Shown in pieces: positions 17,708 through 26,763 of a DNA stretch of 42,850 nucleotides. Made by a program: the position numbers and the translations under genes. The notes under the pieces were generated by a model that did not search any database, was not told where the DNA came from, and worked only from the letters and a program-made list of their open reading frames with translations. The stretch spans positions 1 through 42,850 of the forward strand of contig JBGAGQ010000058.1 in NCBI GenBank assembly GCA_044226625.1. Direction: 5' to 3'. The DNA is from Thermoanaerobaculia bacterium (GTDB lineage Bacteria; Acidobacteriota; Thermoanaerobaculia; Multivoradales; UBA5704). Numbering within the stretch: the first letter of the stretch is position 1; each line of letters starts with the position of its first letter.

Positions 17708-18756
17708 GCGACGCGCGCGGGCCGATCGAGACTCCGACGCCGGCCGATCCGGTCTGGGTGGGGCTGCCCGGGCCCGACCTCGACGGGGCGAGCGCCGATC
17801 TGCTCGACCGCTGCCGTCCGGGCGGCATCGTGCTCTTCGGCCGCAACTGCGTCGAGCCGGGGCAGCTGCTCGGGTTGATCAGGGCGATCCGCGAGATCTT
17901 GCCGCGCGCGATCCTCGCCGTCGACGCCGAGGGCGGGCGGGTCGATCGGCTGCGCGAGGTCGTAGCTCCCGCGCCCGCGGCGTCCCTCCTCGCCACGCGG
18001 CTCCCGAGCGCCTCGATCGCCGCCGGCCGCGCGGTCGGCCGGGCGCTCCGCCTGTTCGATTTCGACGTCGATTTCGCGCCGGTGGTCGACCTCGACCGGG
18101 GACATCAGGGCAACGCGCTCGACGGCCGCTGCTTCGGCAGCCTTCCCGAGGAGGTGGTCCACCGCGCCCGCGCGTTTCTCGCCGGCTTGAACACGGCGGG
18201 GATCGGCGGCTGCCTCAAGCACTACCCGGGCCTCGGTGGCGCGGGAGAGGACACGCACTACCGGGGCTCGATCGTCCGCTTCACCCGCGAGGAGCTCGAA
18301 CCGGACCTCGCCCCGTTCGACGCGCTGGGCTCGTTCGCCGGGGCGGGGATGATTTCCCACGCGATCTACCCCTCCTACGACGCCCAGGAAATGCCGGCGT
18401 CGCTCTCGCCCTCGATCCACCGTCTGCTCCGCCGCCGGCTCGGCCCCCACGTCCTCGCGATCTCGGACGATCTCGAGATGAAGGCGCTCGATCCGTGGGG
18501 CGATCTACCCGAACGGACGGCCGCGGCTTTCGCCGTCGGCTGCGACGTCCTGCCGGTCTGCCGCAACCTCGAGGCGCTCCCCGCGATCGCCGACCGGCTC
18601 GCCGATTCCTCCCTCGCCGATCGTCACGCCGAGGCGCGGCAGCGGATCGAGCGCTATCGCCGCCAGGTCATGGCGCTCCGAGGCACGGAGGACACGGAGG
18701 CCTCGTGGAACGAACGCCTTGAGGAGATTCGCGGCGAGCTCGTGGCGCTCGGGTAG
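17704..18756 (+). CDS. nagZ: Beta-N-acetylhexosaminidase (GH3, cytoplasmic single-domain)
   Basis: GGIVLFGRN, DAEGGRVDR, FAPVVD, KHYPGLG....DTH acid/base motif and SDDLEM nucleophile. ATGA overlap with mutS. Confidence 0.88.
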   Translation: MSDARGPIETPTPADPVWVGLPGPDLDGASADLLDRCRPGGIVLFGRNCVEPGQLLGLIRAIREILPRAILAVDAEGGRVDRLREVVAPAPAASLLATRLPSASIAAGRAVGRALRLFDFDVDFAPVVDLDRGHQGNALDGRCFGSLPEEVVHRARAFLAGLNTAGIGGCLKHYPGLGGAGEDTHYRGSIVRFTREELEPDLAPFDALGSFAGAGMISHAIYPSYDAQEMPASLSPSIHRLLRRRLGPHVLAISDDLEMKALDPWGDLPERTAAAFAVGCDVLPVCRNLEALPAIADRLADSSLADRHAEARQRIERYRRQVMALRGTEDTEASWNERLEEIRGELVALG

Positions 18757-18777
18757 CTCGGCGGTATCCCGGCCGTC

Positions 18778-19125
18778 TCAGAGACCGCCGTGCTCCCGGT
18801 ACAGGGCGACGGCGACCCGCCCGATCAAGTCGAGAGGCAGCGGCTGCTTGAACGGGAAGGAGAGGTTCCCCTTCGGACCCCGGTAGGGTTCCAGCTCGAC
18901 CATCAACTCGGCGTCGTGGCCGACCGGCGGATAGATCCCGATGTGCTTCTTGAAAGCCGCGAAGTAAAAGAAGATGCGCCGAGCCCGGTACGCGGGCATG
19001 CTGTAGCCGACACAGCGCTGGGCGTCCGGCAGCAGAGACTCCACTTTCGCCTGGATCGCTTCGAGCAGCGGACGAGCTTCGAGTGCCACGCTGTCGAAAT
19101 ACTCTTCGTGCGATGCAAAAGCCAC
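18778..19125 (-). CDS. DUF1801 / YdhG-like protein
   Basis: LPDAQRCVGYSMPAY..FAAFKKHIGIYP..KGNLSFPFKQPLPLDLI pattern. Confidence 0.85.
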   Translation of the reverse strand: MAFASHEEYFDSVALEARPLLEAIQAKVESLLPDAQRCVGYSMPAYRARRIFFYFAAFKKHIGIYPPVGHDAELMVELEPYRGPKGNLSFPFKQPLPLDLIGRVAVALYREHGGL

Positions 19126-19134
19126 GGCGTCACG

Positions 19135-19710
19135 CTACCCGAACGAAACTTTCGCGTAGATCTCCGAAAGCGCGATCCGGGCGCCGAGCGAGCTGATCTC
19201 GACTTCGGCGTCCAGCCCCTGGGCCGTAGCGTAGAGCCAGATCCCGCTCTCCTGACGTAGAAAGCGGTCGACCGTCGGGCGGTCCTGGGCGACGAGGACG
19301 TATTCGCGTAGCGCTGGGATCGCCCTGTAGTGCTCGAACTTCTTACCCCGGTCGTAGGCCTCGGTCGAAGGGGAGAGCACCTCGACCAGCAAGATCGGAT
19401 TGAGAAGGATGTCCTGTTGGCCGTCGGGGTCGAAGCTCGGCTCGCCGCACACCACCGACAAATCGGGGTAGGTATATAGCCCGGTCGACGCGACTTTGAC
19501 GCGCATGTCGCTGTTGTAGATCTCGCAGGGGCGGCTCGAGACCTCTCGATGAAGGGTCGCCAGGAGATTCCCCGCGATCAGGCTGTGCGCTCGAGTGCCG
19601 CCCGACATCGCGAAAATCTCGCCATCGAGATATTCGCTCCGCTCCTGAGCCGTCCGGTCGAGAGCCAGGTACTCCTCGGGAGAGAGGTGCGGTTTGGGCT
19701 CGGGCTGCAT
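19135..19710 (-). CDS. Uma2 family PD-(D/E)XK endonuclease
   Basis: SEYLDGEIFAMSGG..H, YPDLSVVC, VEVLSPSTEAYDRGKKFEHY, LREYVLVAQD. Confidence 0.93.
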   Translation of the reverse strand: MQPEPKPHLSPEEYLALDRTAQERSEYLDGEIFAMSGGTRAHSLIAGNLLATLHREVSSRPCEIYNSDMRVKVASTGLYTYPDLSVVCGEPSFDPDGQQDILLNPILLVEVLSPSTEAYDRGKKFEHYRAIPALREYVLVAQDRPTVDRFLRQESGIWLYATAQGLDAEVEISSLGARIALSEIYAKVSFG

Positions 19711-19847
19711 ACCGCGGTCATTTTCGCACGAAAGCCGAGTTCCCTATTCCTGCGCGGCGCTCCCCGCCGCGCGGCCTTCACGCCAGGTCCACTCGATCCG
19801 GTCGGGGGGGGATGCACACGACGACACGGCGCGTCCTCTCGCGGTCC

Positions 19848-19879
19848 TTCTCGAAAAATTCGAGAAACGCCTCTATGCT
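19848..19879 (+). promoter_or_regulatory. Perfect palindrome overlapping a putative promoter of the TPR gene
   Basis: TTCTCGAA-AAA-TTCGAGAA (19848-66) overlaps TCGAAA-N17-TATGCT (19851-19879). Confidence 0.4.
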
Positions 19880-19982
19880 GGGAATCTCGGGTCGAGCCGC
19901 CGGATCTCCTCCGAATCGCGACCGCGTCTAAACCCTCGGACGGTATCCCGCGTCGTAGCCAGTGGGAACAGGAGGTCCTCAA

Positions 19983-20720
19983 GTGCATTCGATGAGAAAA
20001 GTCGCCTCGTTGGTCCGCTCGATCTCAACCCTCATTGGGCTGCTCGCCCTCCCGGCGATAGCCCAAGGGGACTCCGACGCCGAGGTGGAGACGCTCCGGC
20101 GAAAGCTTGCTCAGACCGAGGCCCAGCTCGGTTCCATGCATTCCGAGGTGGCGGTCGTCGCCAACCAGCTCGGTGCCCTGCTCCATACCAAAGGAAACGA
20201 GGAGGAGGCCGAGCGGCTCGTCCGCCGCGCGCTCGCGATCGACGAGAGGGCGTTCGGCTCCGAGCATCCGCTGGTCGTTTTGGACCTCCACACGCTCTCC
20301 CAGATCCTCCTCAGCAGGCCCGACCTCGAAGGGGCCGAGGCCTGTGCACGGCGGGCGCTGTCGATCGCCGAGAAGATCGTCCCTCCGTATGCTCCGCCGA
20401 TCGCCGGGCTCGCCTACAGCCTCTCCTTGGTCCTCGTCACCGCTGGCGGCGACCCCAAGGAGGAAGAGCTCCTCGCCCGGCGCGCTCTCGCGATTCAGAA
20501 GAAGAATTTCGGCTCGGACGACCCCCAGGTGGCGACGATGGCGAGTCTTCTCGCCATGATCCGCCGGAGCCAGGGTTTTCCGAAAGAGGCGCGGTCGCTC
20601 TTCGAAGAGGCCTATCGGATCGAGGTGGCTATCCACGGGGCCGACAGCCCGCAGGCGAAGAGCGCCGCCGAGCAGATCGAGATCACCCGCCGTTCGAAAG
20701 GCGCGCCGCCTACCCCATGA
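19983..20720 (+). CDS. Exported tetratricopeptide-repeat protein (kinesin-light-chain-type ~42-aa TPRs)
   Basis: AGGAGG 7 nt before GTG 19983 (alternative ATG 19992). Signal peptide, then 4 repeats of the type AE.L.RRALAI.E..FG..HP.VA. Confidence 0.8.
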   Translation: MHSMRKVASLVRSISTLIGLLALPAIAQGDSDAEVETLRRKLAQTEAQLGSMHSEVAVVANQLGALLHTKGNEEEAERLVRRALAIDERAFGSEHPLVVLDLHTLSQILLSRPDLEGAEACARRALSIAEKIVPPYAPPIAGLAYSLSLVLVTAGGDPKEEELLARRALAIQKKNFGSDDPQVATMASLLAMIRRSQGFPKEARSLFEEAYRIEVAIHGADSPQAKSAAEQIEITRRSKGAPPTP

Positions 20721-22083
20721 ACCCGAGGTCCGGCCTCGCGAAGCGGCCGAGGTTCGGGAAGACGTCGACGAGGTTGCCGGTCGGGACGCCGAACCACTTG
20801 GCAAGGGTCGCCGAATACTCGTCGACCGAGGTGGTGGGGATCCAACGCCCCTGCTCGGTGTCGTCCGGGCCGTCGATCGCGAGGGCCGGCATCGCGCCGT
20901 AGATGTCACCACCCTGGACCGCGCCGCCGAGAATGAAGTGGTGGCCGCCCCAGCCGTGGTCGGAGCCGTTGTCGTTCGCCAGATACGTGCGTCCGAAGTC
21001 GGACGCGGTGAAGGACGTGACCTGCTGCGCGACCCCCATCTCGACCGTCGCCTGGTAGAACGCGGTGAGCGACTGGTCGAGCTCGGAAAGAAGCTCCGCC
21101 TGCGGGGTGAGCTGATCGCCGTGCGTGTCGTAGCCGCCGGTCGCGACGAAGAAGATCTGGCGCTGCTGCTCGAGCGGGCTCCGGGCGCCGATCAGGCGCG
21201 CGACCATCCGCAGCTGTCGGCCGAGGTCCGTGTCGGGAAACACGGTCGCGAGCGGCGGCGTGGCGTCGAGCGCCGCGCCGAGCATCTCACCGTTGTCGAT
21301 CGCCCGTTTCTTGATCCCAGCGTACGCGCGCTCGAACAGGTTCGAGTAGGGGGTCTCGAGCAGGCTCTTGATCGCCCGCGAGGACGGGTCGGCGAACGGA
21401 CCGGTCTCGTAATAGTCGAGGCCGAGGGCGCCCTCGGTCGAGACCTGGTATTGCGCGACGACGTTGCCCACCTGAAAGGTGTTCGTGCCGGCGACGGAGA
21501 TGCTCATCGAGATCTGGGAGGCCGAGTTCAGGTTGCGCAGCAGGTCGGCGACCCGGCCACCCCAGCCGGAGAGCGCCGGCTGGTCGGGCAGAGCGGTCAT
21601 CCAGTGGACCGTCTGGTCGCTGTGCGAGAAGAGCTGTGGCGGTAAGGCTGCGCTCCCCATCAGGTAATCGTCGCGGGTGACCGGGGCGACCAAGGGACCG
21701 ACGTTCGCGAGGATCGCCGCGTTCCGTTGGGCGAACAGGTTGCGGAGGCCGGGGAGGCTCGGATGGAGCCCCCACGAGCGGCCGTCGCCATGAATCGGCG
21801 CGATCTGCAGCAGGCTTGCGCGCGGGAGAGCGAGCGAGCTCCGCATCGCCGCGTAGTCGGCATAGTCGACCGTCCCGGTCGGCACGACCGTGTTGTTGCC
21901 GTCATTCCCTCCGTAGAGGAAAACGCAGACGAGCGCCTTGTAGTCGCCCGGGTTGAAGCGGGGGAGCGCCGCGGCCGCGGCGACGCGCGAGAGATCGAAC
22001 ACCGTATGGGCGAGCGCCGCGGTGCCGACCGCCGTGCAGGCGGTGCGGAGGAATTCGCGTCGAGAGATTTCTGAGCGTTTCAT
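20710..22083 (-). CDS. DUF1501 family Tat-exported protein
   Basis: SRREFL twin-arginine signal; YKALVCVFLYGGNDG, FSHSDQ, GGYDTH, SDFGRT, DHGWGG. Follows DUF1800. Confidence 0.92.
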   Translation of the reverse strand: MKRSEISRREFLRTACTAVGTAALAHTVFDLSRVAAAAALPRFNPGDYKALVCVFLYGGNDGNNTVVPTGTVDYADYAAMRSSLALPRASLLQIAPIHGDGRSWGLHPSLPGLRNLFAQRNAAILANVGPLVAPVTRDDYLMGSAALPPQLFSHSDQTVHWMTALPDQPALSGWGGRVADLLRNLNSASQISMSISVAGTNTFQVGNVVAQYQVSTEGALGLDYYETGPFADPSSRAIKSLLETPYSNLFERAYAGIKKRAIDNGEMLGAALDATPPLATVFPDTDLGRQLRMVARLIGARSPLEQQRQIFFVATGGYDTHGDQLTPQAELLSELDQSLTAFYQATVEMGVAQQVTSFTASDFGRTYLANDNGSDHGWGGHHFILGGAVQGGDIYGAMPALAIDGPDDTEQGRWIPTTSVDEYSATLAKWFGVPTGNLVDVFPNLGRFARPDLGFMG

Positions 22084-22102
22084 GTTGGCTCCTGCTTTGG
22101 AT

Positions 22103-24859
22103 CTACTTCTGGATCGCGAACTCGGGCGACGTGGCGATCAGGTGGACCGCGGCCTTCACCCGTTCCTCGGTTTCTGAGACGGGGATCTCGCCGATCGCCT
22201 GGATCAGGATCGTGCGCATGGTGGACGACATGCCGTTCGCCATGAGCAGCAGGTTCAGCCGGTCGATCAACTGGGTCGGGTTGCCGGCGAGCGGCAGCAC
22301 CTCGGAATAGTCGGGCGAGATCTGATCGAGGTCGTAGGAAACGCCTCGATAGACCGTGTCGCGGAAGAAGTTTGCGTTGCCGATCGCCGTCGTCTCCGTG
22401 GTGATCTTGAACTCGGGCGCCACCAGCCCCGCGTCCGCCGTGGCGCCGGGAAGGACGAAGTTCGGCTCGAAGAAGTTGAACACCGTCGGTGCGCGTAGCG
22501 GGTTCTGACCGAGCGCGTACTCGGGGCTCTCGAGGTTCCAGATCCGGTATTTGCCCGACGGGGCCGTGGCATGAAAGGCGCGGAGAATTTGCCCCAGGCG
22601 GACGATCGGCTCTTTCTGTTTGCCGAAGCCTTGTTGGGTCGTTACCGTCTCGGCGCGCGCCTCGTAGTCGAGCAGGATCGCGCGGAGCACCGCCTTCAAG
22701 TTGCCGCGGACTCCCGTGCCGTCGTTCTCGAACGCTTGGGCGCAGCGGTAGACGTAGCCGGGGCTCGGGTTGCTCGACACCAGGCGCTGGATTAGCCCGC
22801 GGCAGAGAAACGGACCGACGTTCGGATGGGCAAAGAGCGCGTCGAGCGCGGCGCGCAGGTCGTCCTCCGGCGACTGGTTCGCAGGGAGGACCTCGCCGTC
22901 GAGCAGCAGCTTCGTCCCCAGGGAGTGATGGTCGGGCCACGCCTGCATCGGCTCGCGCCAATTCTCGTTGGGGTAGTAGAAGCCGTCTTCGTCGAGCGGG
23001 TTGCCGGCGAAGTTCCAACCGGTAAAGACGTGGGCGAACCCGGAGACCACCGGTTGGTCGTAGGTCGGGATCGGCTGCACCTCGCCGTCGAGCGCGAGCG
23101 TACCGTCCGGGTTCAGTTGGTAGAGGCCGATCGAGAAGAGCTGCAGGATCTCGCGCGCATAGTTCTCGTTCGGGCTTCGCATCGCGTCGGGGTCTTCGCG
23201 GTCGTTCCCCCGCATGTTCAGGAACTCGCCCATCGCCGGAGAGAGCGTCACGTCTTCGAGTAGCTGGCGGAAGTTGGAGAACGCGTCCTTCTCGAGCAGG
23301 TCGAGATATCCGGCGACGCCGTAGGGTTGGTTTTCGAGCGCCCCGCTCGCGTCGGAGACGACGAAGATCTCCGACAGCGCGAGAGCGGTTCGCTGGCGCA
23401 ACTGGTCGTGGCGCGTCAGCGCCTGCTCCCAGAAACTCTCCATCACCTGGTTCGAATAGATGTCGCCTCCGGCCGCCGCCTCGGCGTCGAGGTAGGCGAG
23501 GTGGGACGTGCCGAGGGGATCGTCGAACTGGTCGGCGAGCCACGCCTCGTAACCGCGCGTCTGCACGTCGGTGATGTCCGCGCTCCGCGGGCCGTAGGTC
23601 GCCTGCACGAGGAAGCGCGCGGCGTCGCGCGCCGTGGGTGGTCCGGGCGGCAGCGACGGCGGGGGAGGAGGCGGCACGAACACTTGCGATCCCGCGGCGA
23701 GCCGATAGTGGCCGCGGATCTCGCCGTTCGGATATCGAGAGCTGTGGATGTTGATGTAGAGCCGCCCGGCGCGGAGCGCCTGGACGATCTGCGCGACGGT
23801 CGTCGTACCCACCGACGAAAACGTCCAGACGCGCGAGCCGTCGGGCTGAACCGGCGCGGTGTCGAGATCGAACAGGATCGGTCCGGAGCTTCCGGGATCG
23901 GCCGGGCCGTGGACGTGCCCCGCGGTGCGCGGCGTGGTGAGGTTCGAGAAGTTGAACTTCACCCGCGCCGAGAGCGCGTCGGCCGAAAGCAACAGGGTCG
24001 AGGTTCCCGTGCCGGCCGAGATGGAGGCGCCTTCGGGAGCGAGCGTCGCGACGAACAGCGTCGGCCGGTCGAGCAGGTTATAGAACCCCGAGACCGGCGC
24101 CGAATCCGCGAGGCCGTCGCGGTAGGCGATCGCCTGCACGGTGGACGGTGTGCCGAGCGAGACCGGCCCGGTGTAGACCTGGCCGACGGTTCGGGTGGGG
24201 ATCGTTCCGTCGGTCGTGTAGCGGATCGTCGCCCCGGGCGTGCTCGAGAAGATCTGGATCTCCTGGGCGCCTGTGTAGGTACCGGGCGGCGGCAGGAGGG
24301 CCGGCGCGGCCACCGTTCCGGGCGGGACGCTCGAATCGACGAAGTAGCCGTTCACGTCGACAATCAGGTGCGCCGCGCCGTTCGCCTGGCCCAAGAACAC
24401 CTCGACGCCGCCCCCGGGGCCCAGCGCCAGGATCGCGTTATTGGTCCGCGTCTGCCCCGCCCGGTAGTTGAGCTGCGAGGTGTTCGGGCGCGCCGTGCTC
24501 GCCGGATAGACGGTGACGAACCCGGCGGTCGACGGCGAGGTGATCGTCAGGTTCGCCGAGATCGCGACCGCCTCGGTCGAGATGCCGCACCGCCCGGCGA
24601 AGGTGAACGACCGCGCGGCGTTGAACGAAAGGGAAGGCCCGCCGAACGTCCCACCCGGATCACGCGTGTCGACTAAACGGCACGGCGCGACCGTGTAAAA
24701 CGCCGAGGCTTGCCCCCAGACCGGTTCCGGCGCCAGCGAGAACAGGAGCGAGATCGAAAGGGACGCGAGCAGCGAGACGATCGGCGTCGAAGCGATGCGG
24801 CGCAGACGGGGAGCGGCTTCCCTCGTTGAGCCGAGATCGAAGGCGAGCGAGTGGCACAT
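22103..24859 (-). CDS. DUF1800 family protein with N-terminal beta-domain, FN3-associated (chitobiase C-terminal-like) domain and CHRD domain
   Basis: In order: signal peptide; FYTVAPCRLVDTR..IVDVNGYF; STPGATIRYTTDGTIPT; HVHGPA..YINIHSSRYPNGEIRG (CHRD); Pro-rich linker; AARFLVQATYG, QLRQRTALALSEIFVVS, NENYAREILQLFSIG, APTVFNFF (DUF1800). Confidence 0.9.
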   Translation of the reverse strand: MCHSLAFDLGSTREAAPRLRRIASTPIVSLLASLSISLLFSLAPEPVWGQASAFYTVAPCRLVDTRDPGGTFGGPSLSFNAARSFTFAGRCGISTEAVAISANLTITSPSTAGFVTVYPASTARPNTSQLNYRAGQTRTNNAILALGPGGGVEVFLGQANGAAHLIVDVNGYFVDSSVPPGTVAAPALLPPPGTYTGAQEIQIFSSTPGATIRYTTDGTIPTRTVGQVYTGPVSLGTPSTVQAIAYRDGLADSAPVSGFYNLLDRPTLFVATLAPEGASISAGTGTSTLLLSADALSARVKFNFSNLTTPRTAGHVHGPADPGSSGPILFDLDTAPVQPDGSRVWTFSSVGTTTVAQIVQALRAGRLYINIHSSRYPNGEIRGHYRLAAGSQVFVPPPPPPSLPPGPPTARDAARFLVQATYGPRSADITDVQTRGYEAWLADQFDDPLGTSHLAYLDAEAAAGGDIYSNQVMESFWEQALTRHDQLRQRTALALSEIFVVSDASGALENQPYGVAGYLDLLEKDAFSNFRQLLEDVTLSPAMGEFLNMRGNDREDPDAMRSPNENYAREILQLFSIGLYQLNPDGTLALDGEVQPIPTYDQPVVSGFAHVFTGWNFAGNPLDEDGFYYPNENWREPMQAWPDHHSLGTKLLLDGEVLPANQSPEDDLRAALDALFAHPNVGPFLCRGLIQRLVSSNPSPGYVYRCAQAFENDGTGVRGNLKAVLRAILLDYEARAETVTTQQGFGKQKEPIVRLGQILRAFHATAPSGKYRIWNLESPEYALGQNPLRAPTVFNFFEPNFVLPGATADAGLVAPEFKITTETTAIGNANFFRDTVYRGVSYDLDQISPDYSEVLPLAGNPTQLIDRLNLLLMANGMSSTMRTILIQAIGEIPVSETEERVKAAVHLIATSPEFAIQK

Positions 24860-24942
24860 ACCCTGAAAAACCTCCGGGCGACGTCAGATCCAACGAATGA
24901 AACGAGAAGCGCGAGGATCATCTCGGGTCGCGGCGGCTAAGT

Positions 24943-24970
24943 CAAGATATGTGCATCAATGCATTTCTTG
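24943..24970. promoter_or_regulatory. AT-rich nested inverted repeat (candidate operator) upstream of DUF1800-DUF1501
   Basis: CAAGATATG-N10-CATTTCTTG (8/9 match), overlapping the inner palindrome TGCAT-CA-ATGCA, among TTGCCA/TTGACT -35-like hexamers on the minus strand. Confidence 0.45.
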
Positions 24971-25017
24971 GCAAGGCGAGGCGCGCGGCCTCAGAGAGAC
25001 CTCGTCGGGTCTGGGGG

Positions 25018-26682
25018 CTAGGTCTGCAACACGCCGGTCCGGAAAGCCGGCAGGTGGGGATTCGAGGCGACCGCGGCGAGCGAGCGGGCGAGGACTGCGC
25101 GGGTCTCGGCGGGATCGATGATCGCGTCGACCCAGAGGCGGGCCGCGGCGTAGCGCGGGTTCATCGCCGCGTCGTAGCGCGCCTTGATCTCCGCCAGGCG
25201 CTGCCGTTTCTCTTCCTCCGAGACTTCGGCCCCGCGGTTCTTGAGCTGGATCGAGAGCAGGGTCTTCGAGGCCTGATCCCCTCCCATCACGGCGATCGAG
25301 GCGGACGGCCAGGCGTAGAGGAAGCGCGCGCCGTAGGCCTTGCCGCACATCGCGTAGTTGCCCGCGCCGTAGGAGTTGCCGACGAACAGCGTGATCTTCG
25401 GCACGACCGAGTTCGCGACGGCGTTCACCATCTTCGCGCCGTCTTTGATGATCCCGCCGCGCTCCGCGCGGCTGCCGACCATGAAGCCAGTGACGTCCTG
25501 GATGAACAGGAGGGGGATCCCTTTCTGATTGCACAGCTCGACGAACCGGGCGCCCTTGTCGGCCGAATCGGAATAGATCACGCCGCCGATCTGTAGCTCC
25601 TTGTCGGCGTCGCCGGTCCCCGTCTTCCGGGCCACGATCGATCGCTGGTTGGCGATCACGCCGACCGCTCGGCCGCCGATCCAGCCGGTGCCGCAGACGA
25701 GGGTCTTGCCGTGGGTCGCCTTGAACTCGTCGAGATCGCTGCCGTCGAGCAGGCGAGCGAGCAGCTCGTGCGTGTCGTAGGGCTTGTTCCGCTCGATCGG
25801 CATCAGTCCGTAGAGCTCGTCTTCGGGATGAAGCGGTACTGCGGCGTCGCGCCGGGCGAACGGCGCGGTCTCGCCGGCCGCGATCTGGGCGAACTGGCTG
25901 CGGATCTTCGCGAGACAGGAGGCGTCGTCCGGGTGGCGGTGATCGACCACGCCCGAGACGTCGCATTGGACGAGCGCTCCTCCCAATTCCTCGTTGTCGA
26001 TCTTCTCGCCGATGGCGGCCTGGACCAGGTGCGAGCCGGCGAGGAAGATCGAGCCGGTCCCCTCGACGATGTGCGACTCGTCGCTCATGATCGGCAGGTA
26101 GGCGCCACCCGCGACGCACGAGCCCATGATCGCGGCCATCTGGAAGATTCCTTCGGCCGAGAGGCGCGCGTTGTTGTAGAACGCGCGGCCGAAGTGCTCG
26201 CGGTCGGGGAAAATCTCGTCCTGCATGGGCAGGAACACGCCGGCCGAATCGACCAGGTAGACGATCGGCAGTCGGTTTTCGAGCGCAATCTCTTGGGCGC
26301 GGAGGACCTTCTTGCAGGTCATCGGAAACCAGGCCCCGGCCTTGACCGTGGCGTCGTTCGCGACCACCACCACGTCGCGGCCATGGATCGCGCCGATTCC
26401 GACCACCACCCCGGCCGCCGGCGCGCCGCCGTGCTCTTCGTAGAAACCGTGGGCGGTCCAGAGCCCGAGCTCGAGGAACGGCTCACCCGCATCACACAGG
26501 GCGGCGACCCGTTCGCGCGCGGTCATCTTCCCCTGGGCCCGCTGCTTCGCCTGGGCCTTCTCCCCCCCGCCGAGGCGGATCGCGGCCTCTTCGCCGCGTA
26601 GGCGCTCGACCTCGCCACGCCAATGGACGGCGTTTCGGTCGAACGATTCGCCTCGGGACAGTTTGCTTTCGATGATCGCCAC
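25018..26682 (-). CDS. Acyl-CoA carboxylase carboxyltransferase (beta) subunit, methylcrotonyl-/propionyl-CoA type
   Basis: GKMTARER, ANDATVKAG, LVDSAGVFLPMQ, MGSCVAGGAY, QDVTGFMVG, SYGAGNYAMCG, AARLWVDAIIDP. GTG start with GGAGG RBS. Confidence 0.93.
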   Translation of the reverse strand: MAIIESKLSRGESFDRNAVHWRGEVERLRGEEAAIRLGGGEKAQAKQRAQGKMTARERVAALCDAGEPFLELGLWTAHGFYEEHGGAPAAGVVVGIGAIHGRDVVVVANDATVKAGAWFPMTCKKVLRAQEIALENRLPIVYLVDSAGVFLPMQDEIFPDREHFGRAFYNNARLSAEGIFQMAAIMGSCVAGGAYLPIMSDESHIVEGTGSIFLAGSHLVQAAIGEKIDNEELGGALVQCDVSGVVDHRHPDDASCLAKIRSQFAQIAAGETAPFARRDAAVPLHPEDELYGLMPIERNKPYDTHELLARLLDGSDLDEFKATHGKTLVCGTGWIGGRAVGVIANQRSIVARKTGTGDADKELQIGGVIYSDSADKGARFVELCNQKGIPLLFIQDVTGFMVGSRAERGGIIKDGAKMVNAVANSVVPKITLFVGNSYGAGNYAMCGKAYGARFLYAWPSASIAVMGGDQASKTLLSIQLKNRGAEVSEEEKRQRLAEIKARYDAAMNPRYAAARLWVDAIIDPAETRAVLARSLAAVASNPHLPAFRTGVLQT

Positions 26683-26763
26683 GTCGCGCTGGTGCCTCCC
26701 CGCGGAAAGAGGCTGGATTCTACGTTCCCGCGGGGGGCGGGCACCAGCGGACGCGGCTTGCGG

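Noticed and set aside
18214-18262. NagZ motif KHYPGLG as possible loss of function
   Set aside because: Leu is accepted in the KH(F/I)PG(H/L)G consensus, and the D-T-H dyad and nucleophile Asp are intact.
19900-19965. GTCTAAACC...GGTA segment reminiscent of the c-di-GMP-I riboswitch P2
   Set aside because: The GCAAA/GAAA tetraloop elements and P1 are missing.
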